A DNA stretch of 64,000 nt from Guillardia theta CCMP2712 (taxonomy: Eukaryota > Protista > Cryptophyta): contig NW_005434569.1 in assembly GCF_000315625.1 (NCBI RefSeq), positions 169,816 through 233,815 of the forward strand, given 5' to 3'. The first letter of the stretch is position 1. Each line of letters starts with the position of its first letter. Shown here piece after piece: positions 25,501 through 31,589 of the stretch. Below the pieces are notes generated by a model, which was not told where the DNA came from, made no database searches, and saw only the letters and a program-made list of their open reading frames with translations. The position numbers were made by a program, and so were the translations under genes.

Positions 25501-26789
25501 TATTTCACAGCCGCGATGCCGTACGCTGTCTCCACCGGGAACGGCCAGTTGTTGTACGCCACCTCCCTCTGCACCTGCTTGTAGAATATGTTGTACTCCG
25601 TCGACCTGCCGTCCGTCACCGCATACATCCCCGGTGTCAGGCCCACGAGCGTGCGGGGGTTGGATCCAAAGAGCGCGGCGCTGTCCGCATCCGTGTAGCT
25701 CAGCTGTATCGGGACGGGATCACAAGTAGGTGCAGAGCCGGTGAAGAGCGCCTGCAGGATCACGAGAACGATATCAAGCCAGTTGTCAACGACCTTCCCC
25801 ATGTATCTCAACCCGGCGGTCATCAGCCCCACCGATGGCCGGATGTCGGGGGCACAGAGGATATGCTGCTGCACTGTGGCCATCGGGAGGCTCTTCCCGT
25901 ACACGCATCGGTGTGCGGTGATGTAGGGCATCTGCACAAAGAGGTTCAGCAAGGAATTCACGATGCAGTGTATCCCCTTGTAGAGGTTCATGTCACTGAG
26001 AGGGAAGCTCAGGATGTCGATCACGGCATTGGCTGCCGAGCAACCGAACCTGATGAACCGCACCATGTAGAGGACCATATCCCGCAGGTCTGCGGCGGGT
26101 GTGATCAGGTCGAGGTTCACCATCCCGGGCTCGAAGCACTCCAGCGAGCCCGTGACGTTGGCGATCAGAGGGCTTGCCGCGGGCCCTGCCTGCAGCCCTG
26201 CCTTTGGGTTGCTGGCACAGCCCACGACGTTGATGAGATAGTTGCTGATGGAGATCATGATCTGGGTGCAGAAATTAAAGAAGGCCGTGCCGAACCTCGC
26301 CAGGTTCCCAAGGTTGGCCATGTCGGCGATGACGGTGGGGAGGAAGATCTGGCTGACGACACCATTTACAATCCACGTGAGGCAGTTGTAGATCGCGAGG
26401 ATATGCCCGAAGAACATCTCCAGCATCTCCAAGGGTATGACAAACACGAAATGCAGGTACTCCCCAACCCCCGAGTTGTAGACGTCGACAAACGATACCG
26501 CGACCCCCGGTGCGAATTCCAGCAGGATCGAGAGGAACGCCATGAGGAGCACCAGGATGCCAAACCAGACCAGGTTCCTCGCGATGTATCCCAGCGACTG
26601 CGCAGCGATGTCCGTGTAGAACCCAACAAACGAGAAGACGTTGTCAACAAACGTCCCGAGCACCGACATCGATGCAAGCCTCTTGGTGGGCTGCATCGAC
26701 CGGTCGGAGAACAGCGTGATCCCCGCATGCACAACGCGCTCGAGCAGCACGAAGCCCAGCACGCATGCGAAGAAGATCAGAAAGTACAT
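7584..26789 (-). CDS. Giant (~6400 aa) Cys-rich multi-pass membrane or surface protein
   Basis: Uninterrupted 19.2-kb ORF. Probable start MYFLIFF at 26789, hydrophobic helices at both termini and internally, very many Cys and NxS/T sequons, RRLL and RHLL motifs. Confidence 0.92.
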   Translation of the reverse strand: MYFLIFFACVLGFVLLERVVHAGITLFSDRSMQPTKRLASMSVLGTFVDNVFSFVGFYTDIAAQSLGYIARNLVWFGILVLLMAFLSILLEFAPGVAVSFVDVYNSGVGEYLHFVFVIPLEMLEMFFGHILAIYNCLTWIVNGVVSQIFLPTVIADMANLGNLARFGTAFFNFCTQIMISISNYLINVVGCASNPKAGLQAGPAASPLIANVTGSLECFEPGMVNLDLITPAADLRDMVLYMVRFIRFGCSAANAVIDILSFPLSDMNLYKGIHCIVNSLLNLFVQMPYITAHRCVYGKSLPMATVQQHILCAPDIRPSVGLMTAGLRYMGKVVDNWLDIVLVILQALFTGSAPTCDPVPIQLSYTDADSAALFGSNPRTLVGLTPGMYAVTDGRSTEYNIFYKQVQREVAYNNWPFPVETAYGIAAVKYGELPEGDDAGHFSTGMLGCECLDIAGEGVRITCAIVPYLSRANVQFTAGMMQEVLQSYVNGDKYQTMAANSTNATQKIPVSFAIPSSSQYVTCKRLKIEVQSLRWPASRVSASTVSANSWNQIKGATQVDSSLLNAQNQADAAIYVMPHCSFSGVPDPACIPGFTGFSCYPYCIGIHLTGSVNQGIVLYGANDWRDSVQYILRDCGVATSSAGALISSLSSTAKARFQIVNGVVSDAASQMSWDPATQTCVNSKDVASRMDLNVTPAYQFPQDVSTPTIRETYQPFVFAGDVVLTAYQDGLAQWNVKVSRIFGQDDYTYRLVDLPGLIPAHDICLGSKSCSSTVQPNEIGIPYAYQAYPEIYNPSTTSEWAILYATNPNPEVYQAFSDYCAGLNAGFSITVDSSYGMIRVWKFNAFSLDQSQTTGAAVMTWTFEGFNGNQAVSNCGALYNMSVVHLEYINEYNVAVTVLQSSMQSFDTVTRQPRAGYSGYAYAVYFVNPATNEGPATQMFQELVPQSMLSEGLLCPSMRRMPEIGSSLAESFSGVLEFMRLPINIIVLFPAVFSAGDWYRFTECPSVTFGHSLLLACGKDILNVDNAFRSFQRASSLYYMSFVKIATFGQQLSKNNVVLLSIKQMVIGTSVIKTYQSSGAPKFMDVVLTAVDFNKPLKRLTSTLTFSMPPWVRVFGSFVRVGSNSIILFLHLMERLIMEYVLKLAAGQPIDAGIFYVLTGLHDDVSQYLLQPSIEMCDGASMILGYSNPPASALRHFCRMFATSMLDGFDFVNVFFVYFPVVTCVCKDAQGKDYSQYVKDSCYPWAPVAFRPVISDLLQLSGGSRTTMCSLMVNLTNDKITTAFDSTFTELYRGISSIGSVFDYLFIAFDPKSGICDNFYTSDYVMAILPEPVDYFQMCAHTNLCNLACGEEYNAFDTALRQVSQGKPLVYQMNQTTSIESRFFSSNDEYYGTNRLPFNIITMVEISGCNRICHGDISVSGPPQQPDRCIAIAGIDTGLNLVSKAYCLPSNLKTGIRTSAVVTDGSFANKAIDYSVAESKEWSSSVMRLSYASINLIDSIGESNILVAATVSSVFLISNQRQSYTLVQTIPASQNPILLTDLYTIEDMVVFPSDDIADIFIEGTTIQTINGNPSTAWVCIHIYLDTKKFAQLVALKTSAYTIQQCSDNQNIFSTIDTPYVTCLDPSCSGIALFPITDGYSVRVCDRNVDVLTCHPTGMSSNLATTLGLATVANPKISITQDNQIIRQTPKMSQNSLSGYNGPSQQSSMTIFAIANERVTTTWLSDIRLNIASGVWAGQRAFSTAYQILTTLKKNCSVDDCTGCMGYPTVQRLCYAASQCAVANCIGTTVNYQRPLCAIGASAEMVTRQILTILQSIYMIFSQNMKLLVDASTGQLNGVVRIEWPDEVFASTMCEAKDIIVTTVGMIASLINGITMKAQQILSSQAVSLVPFDPSFNARSTLSMASITNMFSQILILPIYIATVTQKIMVCTTNSVLGILNTDLFGNMQMVISNADIQSATADMTGVCLTQVFGQDVQSFALGGSSSTLNNAASQVASRFIDLGFTLNLSPLYHSADATLSYMRGVVYGFMDVLQTIDEKHCKLPDITTTTIAKCACGDYAHHINSARRGEGIREHAFWCTGVMQILRSDGKPYLIFNPYTFQELVDACRYNPSTGKGMDAYLRCMATTTRFGSCDTYRPTLPLLERQGIDAGTVLTRCRSNFANKVWDTGAAYISNYKLYPDLQNLGFIIDNVYNPSFIQQSVLNCFSESVRVGTGTDACLLGYLTLMNTSRVNYFLYSIASFSSDNADYADIDGCEVFTGPAQNPNPAIAHEFSQCLSTSLSSQCQLPQYIWSGRTSNRVPIASLHAVSYVPGSQALYQSVQDEYDAVAAEARALFTPEVLGWSNTELDLNFFSMEGDVIHQLFDCYFLGPFSAAELWPSGGSRSLQVLQYYRSSTLDRTFQIPSAGCDPAQDACCPQVSPFSCGGPGRMAIIHSFIQTLKRFNTDSSNNLLRQAVQNGVRAKLRQFRDVLTNTLLFGCQCGDGTNNLRCCKANEPDLWTSKDIQGINFDILETEDVLSGIYEKINQHIIDIYTNVTMFNEYSSNLTESQKTQAKDESLFDTSKPILRYDTEDILDPKSSQNLWQVCTNVLSQTFAVLPLNSTLDGLALDTIYSAYQHDATATPSSGYVDGIEETVQTLLSKAKAESPFYHGFRGGDVRYMPSKSQRCRDSQSTVRPVAYDILPSASGNRITLDASGTSYTMPPHLTGMQTASYGAYGLNLSSFTTRCYCGWKSTDGTSCSVPTGVCQTASLQGTALDAATIQEFYSICSAGSYSTFSQWLAVYRTMEAVWMPTWVCTDMQLSDVWGIVSDTKVDKWAVGVQGSLLGGYDFDWADLLTHGTSGLRLANMDYLQQNYPEFLNPSSRKHKLYNADTDTSAAIEDCIDDTNSDHSSNGFKDYVKDLARVDAHFRDHLMPMARTVHSSSTEAFCSRFVLELARLEALLHVDAIYQSTTPNPEIGSQRTTVDLWRLRCVTQVRLVSLCNLHGIYDIVPSGGLSATFDSSKCPYSHSVSCTNAYATSDCLVYCDGVFHDPCLCASLQGVACKGYTWSDTTGTCQLPIDPRTLDDDDMRLSTMTVPTVVPSEELQNTGLSASDMQTLASSINTYEQQYIDTFQMTLNDRRNLQTVSILGGRLGEGLLAGTALGSNEHADALLDYWPSHWIHPTGYHVTTGCRHTETAYRAFDTWMSVDYDTATDERYLVLDTRRLQNETLLRNYFGAASTCSSASYGMPMWETNNVRLQSRWTSGQRMDPTQPIKADTAPSGTFVQSTAATSWSDVPSNGRQSDQSFPSSGMLYRWWPGMLPAVSWPQSSTDLQRYRLPNHTAVGWNGDCGQTDFFTCTADGDCVSLYGEGFKCLRAWSDAEGKEMDGVCVVQNALAMECYQNYHCGAAGRVCTGMGTCVDPHVMLRNYAPWPVEMHVNSEACGTETLGHSPWQNSQDFLSRHGLCGFRSWFEYEQLIARSGVAGAATATLANIPDDIQWPSTDPYLTDAQIRLDMFDRGILQMEPHTCDMDYQFQFPSCVGNPSTTVDSLGIPLPVEAQGETTRTWVSSGDNKWSLQLCKLGSLERKRTGFLAPYQGYNREDSFGNISLSLSMCSELQICFLQDFYVMGYKMQGRLINRLNLQNLGTRRDAYTLQDALYCGSAGYLVDLSTSSTTLTDGVPCRMDPLTNPIARMLCEDYDVLKASCQFNPSYINEQAVGTLCRYYKYSYALADRNKVASALNDILLRGFKRGFNTWEEYQQQAVCIANVYNTMSLYAQSESTNEATQWYAYEFEPGVPTYFYPYMTLYFYDDASQMEIPMKWWAQCVILDGDVNIDGMIAGNIDQVPCAGWKNSHTAGYQPSTVRQFLMMANALYLQSSRRAVVNQDQIALSIYDTLYSKLLQAQADVTAAMGYSSHPEYINLTYVQLRKLQSRYNHDWAYNQYTTSSDVISDSTKITNTDPVYQDDGGLPADDGIPALLTQVLHFILSGDINLGYAAANSGVNRTARANLAFQRADFATDFLSRDKQYFDATSGILQYNFPNIFRRFLDSELDSILSSVLREDEPLEDFTYGDVQYNGALFRRYQSLIRDNTLQTTACLYSNFPGYEPGITKNLDQDPEVRLCDSAQNCRSINVCNPTPSYDQRTGQSCDLLHASQDDRCTNTYLNAPGVNGGNNISMQTHCKQFLFVRDIQSAVNPSLASVQFTTIDLDVTNPAGDICLRTDSTCLRDSQSLGGFSTPVDLVQSVRGVDIYVFYRDGTAGSRDPNADEFYSVEYPRTSTRWYPAWVDCFNVTGVNKSHLLSWTGWDAETVGSVQSTLNSWYAGTGQQPNFAVLSNEAIWSRYGARPTGVSTRCSTDSCSTSLGSVSPCPGKVCNVARDNSLVHAIALHLQNATEIFCASSATDALSKCPLRSVNQSVLAEIMNNLWICKSDCARVPLLKYIGKHLYRYRRIDESVLGFTSSDRNYIGLTGQSSAANGYTQKDAFRLMHFLVSRQITSGNGLLPSDLYNQLWITPDFLSLSFMDTNSKYPDTTLNLYELNSYRAQAETMRLQPLDKCINQIVKTTECTPASHRESLKSCLAQYKRKSASVADLEQSVLTKLTAAQVTSMHSLHWAKAARPSRDQYLDWVLSDMRCEETLQSEAVCYRTFDGYVLSLNPWLGGGFNIRDACDTVVLPNEFSTVISGGCKTGISACTEYNSLVYAQCITKNNQPPSRIDILSTAGNNLCNRGIRVNTTCLHEQGSFGGGSGTTMEDLYTRPATSMPYSGIFGSNPNPAFQARSPQFGILKQSQMDIGGSLLVADLAPLPDGVTHNLLPKCLPLAYATNADTSPSTPGIDPCASNNLDWLKTYAIDSRSDYDLNAAELGSASQNGAVSWDCPVREMHYWGGSSQSFRPKAPYGPRAATMFSETNQMGGTVGNGMSNPMQPFGTTIPDLADPFFVSEICSCSSKSDCSFLTTDTASSCGLYQTVDLLTGNQWKTKQSYAGTQGCKRSLDWPNTKGVLRDGTDLGSAAQNTDCPVHDRLREFQLRYLPVSITADAGITTLDAGGECHTGRLVRVPSTVPIGGRCHRYNFSHLECSTTALIAGKPVTSTSLHALDVPSPTDFVTQFQANHRRTFQECQPSPQLRSYVDRTDNARNPVSSSMRQFTSFGVPVRLSLSRTMAQDLRRQICGNSIDCPLLDNAIDPSKWTVDSFLQAYLQDFTSLFQIQSSASISTPAPPNPVNDSKFWDREWVFCSDSDRYSKPYSNRKCYGSIPKETWLDPKQRFGACRDAMSAAPTTSTMIPIRIWTLDSTMNNLSTHVASLLQRIQAANCKAAGVCVESRFLYNPSAYSISNQAFVTQTVLDFYQSVSSEACSSVYTTQEIQAVIAQNNNMKKQCAAEFLVPIYKLFGDLRQIVQTIVKLVFYAGMMGFNFMQLLLGINSDQVMPQVMHWFNMFINEARVLFEQIGNMVFELIRSAPFGDQLMKIIKIICTIINWFLNNFFFPVICPILHFVGDVCTGIGNALKTIHDISIIGIKPFTWIVYQIYLDVGNKLKSIDCNARNVLKCDIGNAFPPQAEDGTLPTPTRCWASYITSVSDGARLSCSASDTCLRATASSGSDTMVCDACPYGGSTSTVARYGCDPIRKQCMCNVMQTYETPCMTHEQCVNQIDATCVFMNSDIQPTFGNIPCAQCTTQPMCILQPGKTYGSCSCFLTRVDPQGCSNSDVTKAVAPKLSGLCLAQVTTSMGGFSASSSATYTISYNNLLATPCYNSNYDQVYCYSVFSSFFSFAPMLVSIGISGMSGAGASGPYGRRLLGLDSPEFYSHDATCMDAYDEYLLSNRTTRVFVSCITRFAATYDVARRHGIEDRIPPNMFVSLTDLMETIGNDPTALLLLLYNPTLVLELGMQTSIFQRLHRYYHVWTRVFHDLYYEIAIHGTKRNNSLHYRIDIDGGMYIHGDNISETTLLLLNILHGLSSHFNRSGVDGPLAIQNQLAMKHILSIAAEGPFAMHLLENITNASIGRHLLQTSWQTQRSEVKRFTASTSLNDGIVEPVGAATSNAWVDSPFAWPVNYDIPQTLGSCALLSNTLTLTRNAFGNVTLFYTQGSLLAASPRKVVSGSWPLSGLPQTKTVPPLQRPVNGDWISTMVFTVVSALEHTPFNRQFFYNALMASPGFLQDFLRCDRSAVMLCSKHKYTLLVSGIVVGILLAGTTAVITAFQIPYVSTFLWGTYPVITSYYAFGVSPFCAPMIPTCFIQDFVDIANVFFPSSFRFPDSLQTSPGCLNDPAVVNREACIIPCSDAPFEFNTWESEIAWWTCFISTDLCRSLGASIAGFPAAVQFTSLNRHISVKAAIIDAYQEDMINAQLVCGTLNIWRVIPIYIIIFFLLYVIGLLVSFPVFLLREVLKLIIATVIMTHRLKLDIRISQPQGRGL

Positions 26790-26925
26790 CCGGCGGCAAC
26801 GCGCCGGCAATCACCCCGCCCTTGTGCAAATAGTCCTAAATAGGGGAGGGTGGCCGTCTGATTGAAAATAAAGGGTCTGTCTTCTGCGGTGCGGGGGCAA
26901 AAGAGGGAACGCCCACGGCGCCCCA

Positions 26926-27839
26926 TGCCGTTCAAGCACGTGCATCTCGCCCTTGTCGCTTCGGTCATGGCCATCGCGGCCTACCTCACGAGCTTCCAGA
27001 CCGAGATCCTCTACGCCAGCCGCTATCACATCCCCAAGCAATGCCACGGCGTGGGGAGGAAGCAGGGGAGCGGCCGCTACGCCGTTCTCACGCTGCTGTC
27101 AAGCCCGAAGCAAGTGGATCAGGCGGTGGTTCTCGGCAAGTCCATCACTCTTTATTCGCGGGTAGAGTGCAGGGTGGACAGGATCGCCCTCCTCATAGAG
27201 CCAGAGCCATCCACCGTTCACAAGCTGCAGAATGCAAAGTGGAGCATCAGGCCCTTTGCAAAGGACATCGAGGCGATGCAAACCAATCGCACGCGGCAGT
27301 CCAGCTGCCTCCCCATGCTCACCAAACTGCAGCTCCTGAACATGACGGAATACGACGCGGTGCTCTTCCTCGATTCCAACACTGTTGTGCTCGGAAACAT
27401 CATGGTGCTCTTCACCTACCATGCCCCGATGATGCGGAGGCTCTCCGCGCACGTCGGCTGGGTGAGGGAGCAGAGGCTGACTCTGCATTACAACCCCGGC
27501 GTGCTCCTCGTCATCCCCGACGGATTCATCTTTGAGAGATCGGTCAAGGCGCTTGCCTCGCAACAGGGCTGTAATGAGGGCGGGGTTCTCAACTCCCTCT
27601 GGCGTGACGAGACCTTTGAACTAGACCAGATCTACAACGCGATGACGGCCATGGCAGTGCAGAATGTGTCCTTCTTCGACACCATCCGCAATGACGTCAG
27701 GGTGTTCCACTCGACCTTCTTCAAGCCCACCTACCTCTTCTTCATGGTTCGGTGCTACTGGCACGGGACCTACGACCTGTGCAGGGCGTGGGCTGAGATC
27801 GAGAGAATGCAGACCACAAAGCTTCCCCCCTCCCCCTGA
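26926..27839 (+). CDS. Glycosyltransferase family 8 (glycogenin-like), type II membrane protein, degenerate DxD
   Basis: N-terminal TM, RYAVLTLL, TKLQLLNMTEYDAVLFLDSN, YNPGVLLVIPD, YN, VFH. Confidence 0.85.
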
Positions 27840-27904
27840 TTCCCCTTTTTATTGTGTACGAATGAATCCAGAGGTTAAAACCTAATTACCACGTCACTCC
27901 AACC

Positions 27905-28852
27905 ATGATCATGAGTCCATTGCACCACGCCCTTGTGATCGTCTTCATTCTCGGTGCGGTGTGCACGTATGACACTATCTCGCTGTCCGAGAGCATCTAC
28001 CAACGACGCAGGCACGTGCCAAAGCAGTGCAATTTCTACGCCAGGGAGCATGGCGCAGCAAGGTACGCGGTGGTGACACTGCTCACAACGAGCGATTATG
28101 TGAGGCTGGCAAGCACTCTGGGGAAATCCCTCCTGCTCTATTCGCAACTCCCCTGTAGCATCGACAGGATTGCCCTCATCACCGCTGAATCGAAGATCAC
28201 GGGGAGCAAGATCACCGAACTCTCCGATGCTGGTTGGGAGGTCCGGACGATTCAGACGATCCTCTCTCCCGAGCACATCAACTGGAACACTGTCAACACC
28301 GCTCGGTACATCCCTCTCCTCACCAAACTCCACATCTTCAACATGACGCAGTACGAAGCCGTGCTGTTTCTCGACTCCGACATGATCGCACTCGGGAATA
28401 TCCACGTTCTCTTCACCGATGTCCTGCCCGAGATGAAATACAGGAAGATGCACATGGGATGGGTGAGGGACCAAGGCGGGACCTTCGCCAGGACTTTCAA
28501 CACCGGTCTGCTCCTTGTCCTGCCTTCCACGGCCCTCTTCACCGACCTTATGCGATTCGTGAGAAGGGGCAAGTACGACACACTGTTCGCCGATCAGGGC
28601 GTGCTGAACTCCTACTTTGGCCTTACCCAGTACGACATCGACGGAAGGTTCAACGTGATGACCAACATCCCACAGGACAATGCGACGCTGTACGATTCCA
28701 TCCGTGACGATGTCAGGATATTCCACTCGACGCTGAAGCCAACAGATCCATTCTACATATCGCAGTGCATCTGGATGAGGGCACACGATCTCTGCCGTGC
28801 ATGGAAGGACCTAGATAGCCTAGATATCAAGTTTAGACGGGCAATAAACTGA
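27905..28852 (+). CDS. Glycosyltransferase family 8 (glycogenin-like), paralog with intact motifs
   Basis: TKLHIFNMTQYEAVLFLDSD, FNTGLLLVLPS, ADQGVLNSYF, IFHSTLKP. Confidence 0.9.
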   Translation: MIMSPLHHALVIVFILGAVCTYDTISLSESIYQRRRHVPKQCNFYAREHGAARYAVVTLLTTSDYVRLASTLGKSLLLYSQLPCSIDRIALITAESKITGSKITELSDAGWEVRTIQTILSPEHINWNTVNTARYIPLLTKLHIFNMTQYEAVLFLDSDMIALGNIHVLFTDVLPEMKYRKMHMGWVRDQGGTFARTFNTGLLLVLPSTALFTDLMRFVRRGKYDTLFADQGVLNSYFGLTQYDIDGRFNVMTNIPQDNATLYDSIRDDVRIFHSTLKPTDPFYISQCIWMRAHDLCRAWKDLDSLDIKFRRAIN

Positions 28853-28918
28853 TGTGTTTCACCCTGGACGCCACACAGGGAGATAAAGCCATGCTCCAAC
28901 CCCCAGACGATCGAATTC

Positions 28919-30223
28919 ATGACTGAGGTGGTCACCATCGAGGATGCCTGCCTCGAGGCGGACGAGGAGCTCGACAAGGCTATCACAGAGACCCTCCAGC
29001 ACATACAGCCGGAGAGGTTCGACAACACGATCCCGTTTTACTCGCTACGCGCTGTGCAATCTATCTGCTTCATCGTCATCCTCGTCTTTCACACCTGTCT
29101 TGTTTTCAACGGCGAGGGATCCAACACCCGCTACCTGTTGCAACCGCTGGAGAGCATGATGATCGATGCCGTGACGATCCTCTTCGTGACAACGGGTTGC
29201 ATCGACAGCTACATCCATCATGGCGTCGCACTGGACAAGAGTTACATCATCACCAATGCCTACGGCGTGAATCACGTTCTATATGTACACATGGCTGTGG
29301 CAGGGATCATCTGGTTCTTCCTGGGCATGACCATCTACGGGCAGTGGTCGAATGCCATGTCTTGGGTGATCAATCTACTAGGAATGGCTTACCTGTCACC
29401 ATTCCTAGAGTACAACCAGCAGAGCCCCTGGATGCTCTTCAACCAGCCCACAAGCCTGCTGATGACCTGGCTCACCTGCAGGACGCTCTACCCCCTGGCC
29501 CGCAAGGCGCTCGACACCGCGATACACATCACCCCGGGTCACCACGAGATCGTCAACATCCTCATATCCGTGGTGCAGACGAGCGTCTCCTCGATCATCA
29601 CCTCGCTGCACATGCGGGATAACAACCTCTACTTCTCCTTCCGGTTCATCCTCCCGAGGTTCTCGGAATACACCCTCGGCTGCGCAATCTTCACGTACCT
29701 CTTCGATGCCAACTTCGAGAAGGACTCCAGGTACATCCGCCGAGCATCGGTGCTGCTGACGCGCGGGGCGATGCCGTTGGTAATCGCACACGCATGCATA
29801 TGGATCGCACAGATCGGTGATCCCGGCAGCCCTAGCGATCAGATCTGCACGAGGATCGCACACGGCGCTCCCTGCATGAGCAGGTTCGACAGCGTCATGT
29901 CAAGGGCGGTGCTGGCCTCGCTGCTCATCATCGCGACCTGCAAATCCAACTCCGGGATGACGATCCTTACCAACTGGCTGTGCGACAACCTTCAATGCCT
30001 GCAGACACAGGCCGTTTACCAGACACTCCTCTGCATCCCCGCCGCCGCCATCGTCACGGCCCTCGGCCTCTCCGGGCACGCCTCGCTGTTTGCATTCCTG
30101 TGCCTGCCCGTCATTTACGCCTGGTCGAGAGTTGCAGGGTTTTGGCTTACACCGGTCCTTACTGCCGGGCTGGAGAGGGTGCTGGACAGGATGGGGCCGC
30201 ATCTCCATAGGGTCCTGGGATAG
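28919..30223 (+). CDS. Multi-pass membrane protein, divergent acyltransferase-3 (OafA-like)
   Basis: About 10 hydrophobic segments. SLRA...VILVFH, AVTILFVTTG and PRFSEYTLG resemble the AT3 motifs (LR...V..H, AV..FF.LSG, RL.EF..G). Confidence 0.6.
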   Translation: MTEVVTIEDACLEADEELDKAITETLQHIQPERFDNTIPFYSLRAVQSICFIVILVFHTCLVFNGEGSNTRYLLQPLESMMIDAVTILFVTTGCIDSYIHHGVALDKSYIITNAYGVNHVLYVHMAVAGIIWFFLGMTIYGQWSNAMSWVINLLGMAYLSPFLEYNQQSPWMLFNQPTSLLMTWLTCRTLYPLARKALDTAIHITPGHHEIVNILISVVQTSVSSIITSLHMRDNNLYFSFRFILPRFSEYTLGCAIFTYLFDANFEKDSRYIRRASVLLTRGAMPLVIAHACIWIAQIGDPGSPSDQICTRIAHGAPCMSRFDSVMSRAVLASLLIIATCKSNSGMTILTNWLCDNLQCLQTQAVYQTLLCIPAAAIVTALGLSGHASLFAFLCLPVIYAWSRVAGFWLTPVLTAGLERVLDRMGPHLHRVLG

Positions 30224-30317
30224 GACCTAGCCTATGTACCCGGGAGATTGCAGGGAGATACACTCGGAGGGTTTAAAAGGAAGCGCCTTTTGCCCCCTCT
30301 CTCCATCCCACGCCTGC

Positions 30318-30521
30318 ATGCCACGCTTAGCAGAGGTAGAATTCGAGGTTGACCTCTGGTGCTACGAGGTCATGCCCACCGAGGAGGAGATCAAGGCGTG
30401 GGCCTTGGAGAATCCACCCTTGGAAGAGCCGGAGATGGAAATTACGTCGACGCTCTATGACTGTGACGACGAGGATGTAGGTTTCAGCGATTTTTACGTA
30501 TCCCTCACACCGAACAAATAA
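30318..30521 (+). CDS. Small acidic protein
   Basis: ATG follows TTTAAAAG (~30272); AATAAA overlaps the stop. Confidence 0.55.
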   Translation: MPRLAEVEFEVDLWCYEVMPTEEEIKAWALENPPLEEPEMEITSTLYDCDDEDVGFSDFYVSLTPNK

Positions 30522-30599
30522 AAAAAAACGTATCTTGAAGCACCATTGATCGTCTGACATGCCACATGCTCACTTGCACAAGAAACCATACTGCGTCAC

Positions 30600-31523
30600 T
30601 TGCAAAAGGCTGTGCAAATGGGCCAGTTAAACTACGAATGGCACACATTCGGCTTCGAGATCCTCATGCAGGTCAACCCGAGAGAGTTCAACCTAGAGGG
30701 GAAGCGCATGATCCTCAGACACAACGCGAAGCACGTGTTCCAGCGCGAGATACAGTCGGGGAAGTGCATGATGAACCTCCTCCGTGAGCTCGAGAACGAG
30801 GGGAAGCAGAAGGGAAACAAGCACATATGCGGGTTCCGGTGGGTGGCAGAGAGGACCAAGATCGAGGAGGATTTCACGGTCAAGTCTTTTGTCGAGGACA
30901 ACCTCGCCAGGCTCCTTCTCAACATGTCCAGGGTGATCCAGGAACAGGTGGAGACCCACATCCTTGCACACCCCAGGCTTCATCCCACGAACACAGACAT
31001 CGAGATGCTCGATGCCCCAAGGCCGCAAGAACTCCCTATCGTGAAGGGTAATACCTCCGCAACACACTGGCCGCTGATACTGCATTCCTCCCCTGATCGG
31101 AACATCGATGGTGGCCAGGAGTGGATGCAGTTCCTCCGCATGTGCCAGGAGATTGCCAGCACCCTCGGGGTCAGCCACCAGGAGGCTGTCTACCACAATT
31201 GCATCAAGATCGAGATGACAAGGCATCAAATCCCTCATATCTCACACTATCACTGCATGCAGAAGATGCCGGGTGGGAACCTCACCAAGATTGGTGAATG
31301 CGATCTGTTCGTCGAGCTCCGGTCGGGGGCGTTCCTCGTAGAACTCAAGGTGTGCGCAAGCTGGAGGAGATTCGAGAACCAGGTCAAGAAGTACATCAAC
31401 GCATGCTACTCCGTCAATCAGAGGCTGCAGGGGGCTGCCATACTGAATTTCCACCCCAAGGGTTACATCGAGTGCATCATGTTCGATGTAAACTGCAGGC
31501 ACACCCCCTCCGGGTCGTCCTGA
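30600..31523 (+). CDS. Protein with C-terminal GxxExxY-type PD-(D/E)XK nuclease domain (start uncertain; first ATG 30618)
   Basis: LGVSHQEAVYHNC...CDLFV...LVELK...QVKKY...GAAILNF. Confidence 0.8.
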   Translation: MQKAVQMGQLNYEWHTFGFEILMQVNPREFNLEGKRMILRHNAKHVFQREIQSGKCMMNLLRELENEGKQKGNKHICGFRWVAERTKIEEDFTVKSFVEDNLARLLLNMSRVIQEQVETHILAHPRLHPTNTDIEMLDAPRPQELPIVKGNTSATHWPLILHSSPDRNIDGGQEWMQFLRMCQEIASTLGVSHQEAVYHNCIKIEMTRHQIPHISHYHCMQKMPGGNLTKIGECDLFVELRSGAFLVELKVCASWRRFENQVKKYINACYSVNQRLQGAAILNFHPKGYIECIMFDVNCRHTPSGSS

Positions 31524-31589
31524 ATCGGATTCATTTCATGTCGTCAATCATATTTAAGAAATACCACTCAGCTGCCTGCAACTCGAAGA

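Noticed and set aside
7633-26843. Many long ORFs overlapping the giant gene (e.g. 778 aa and 586 aa on the plus strand)
   Set aside because: Antisense shadows expected from strong C/G third-position bias; no recognisable motifs.
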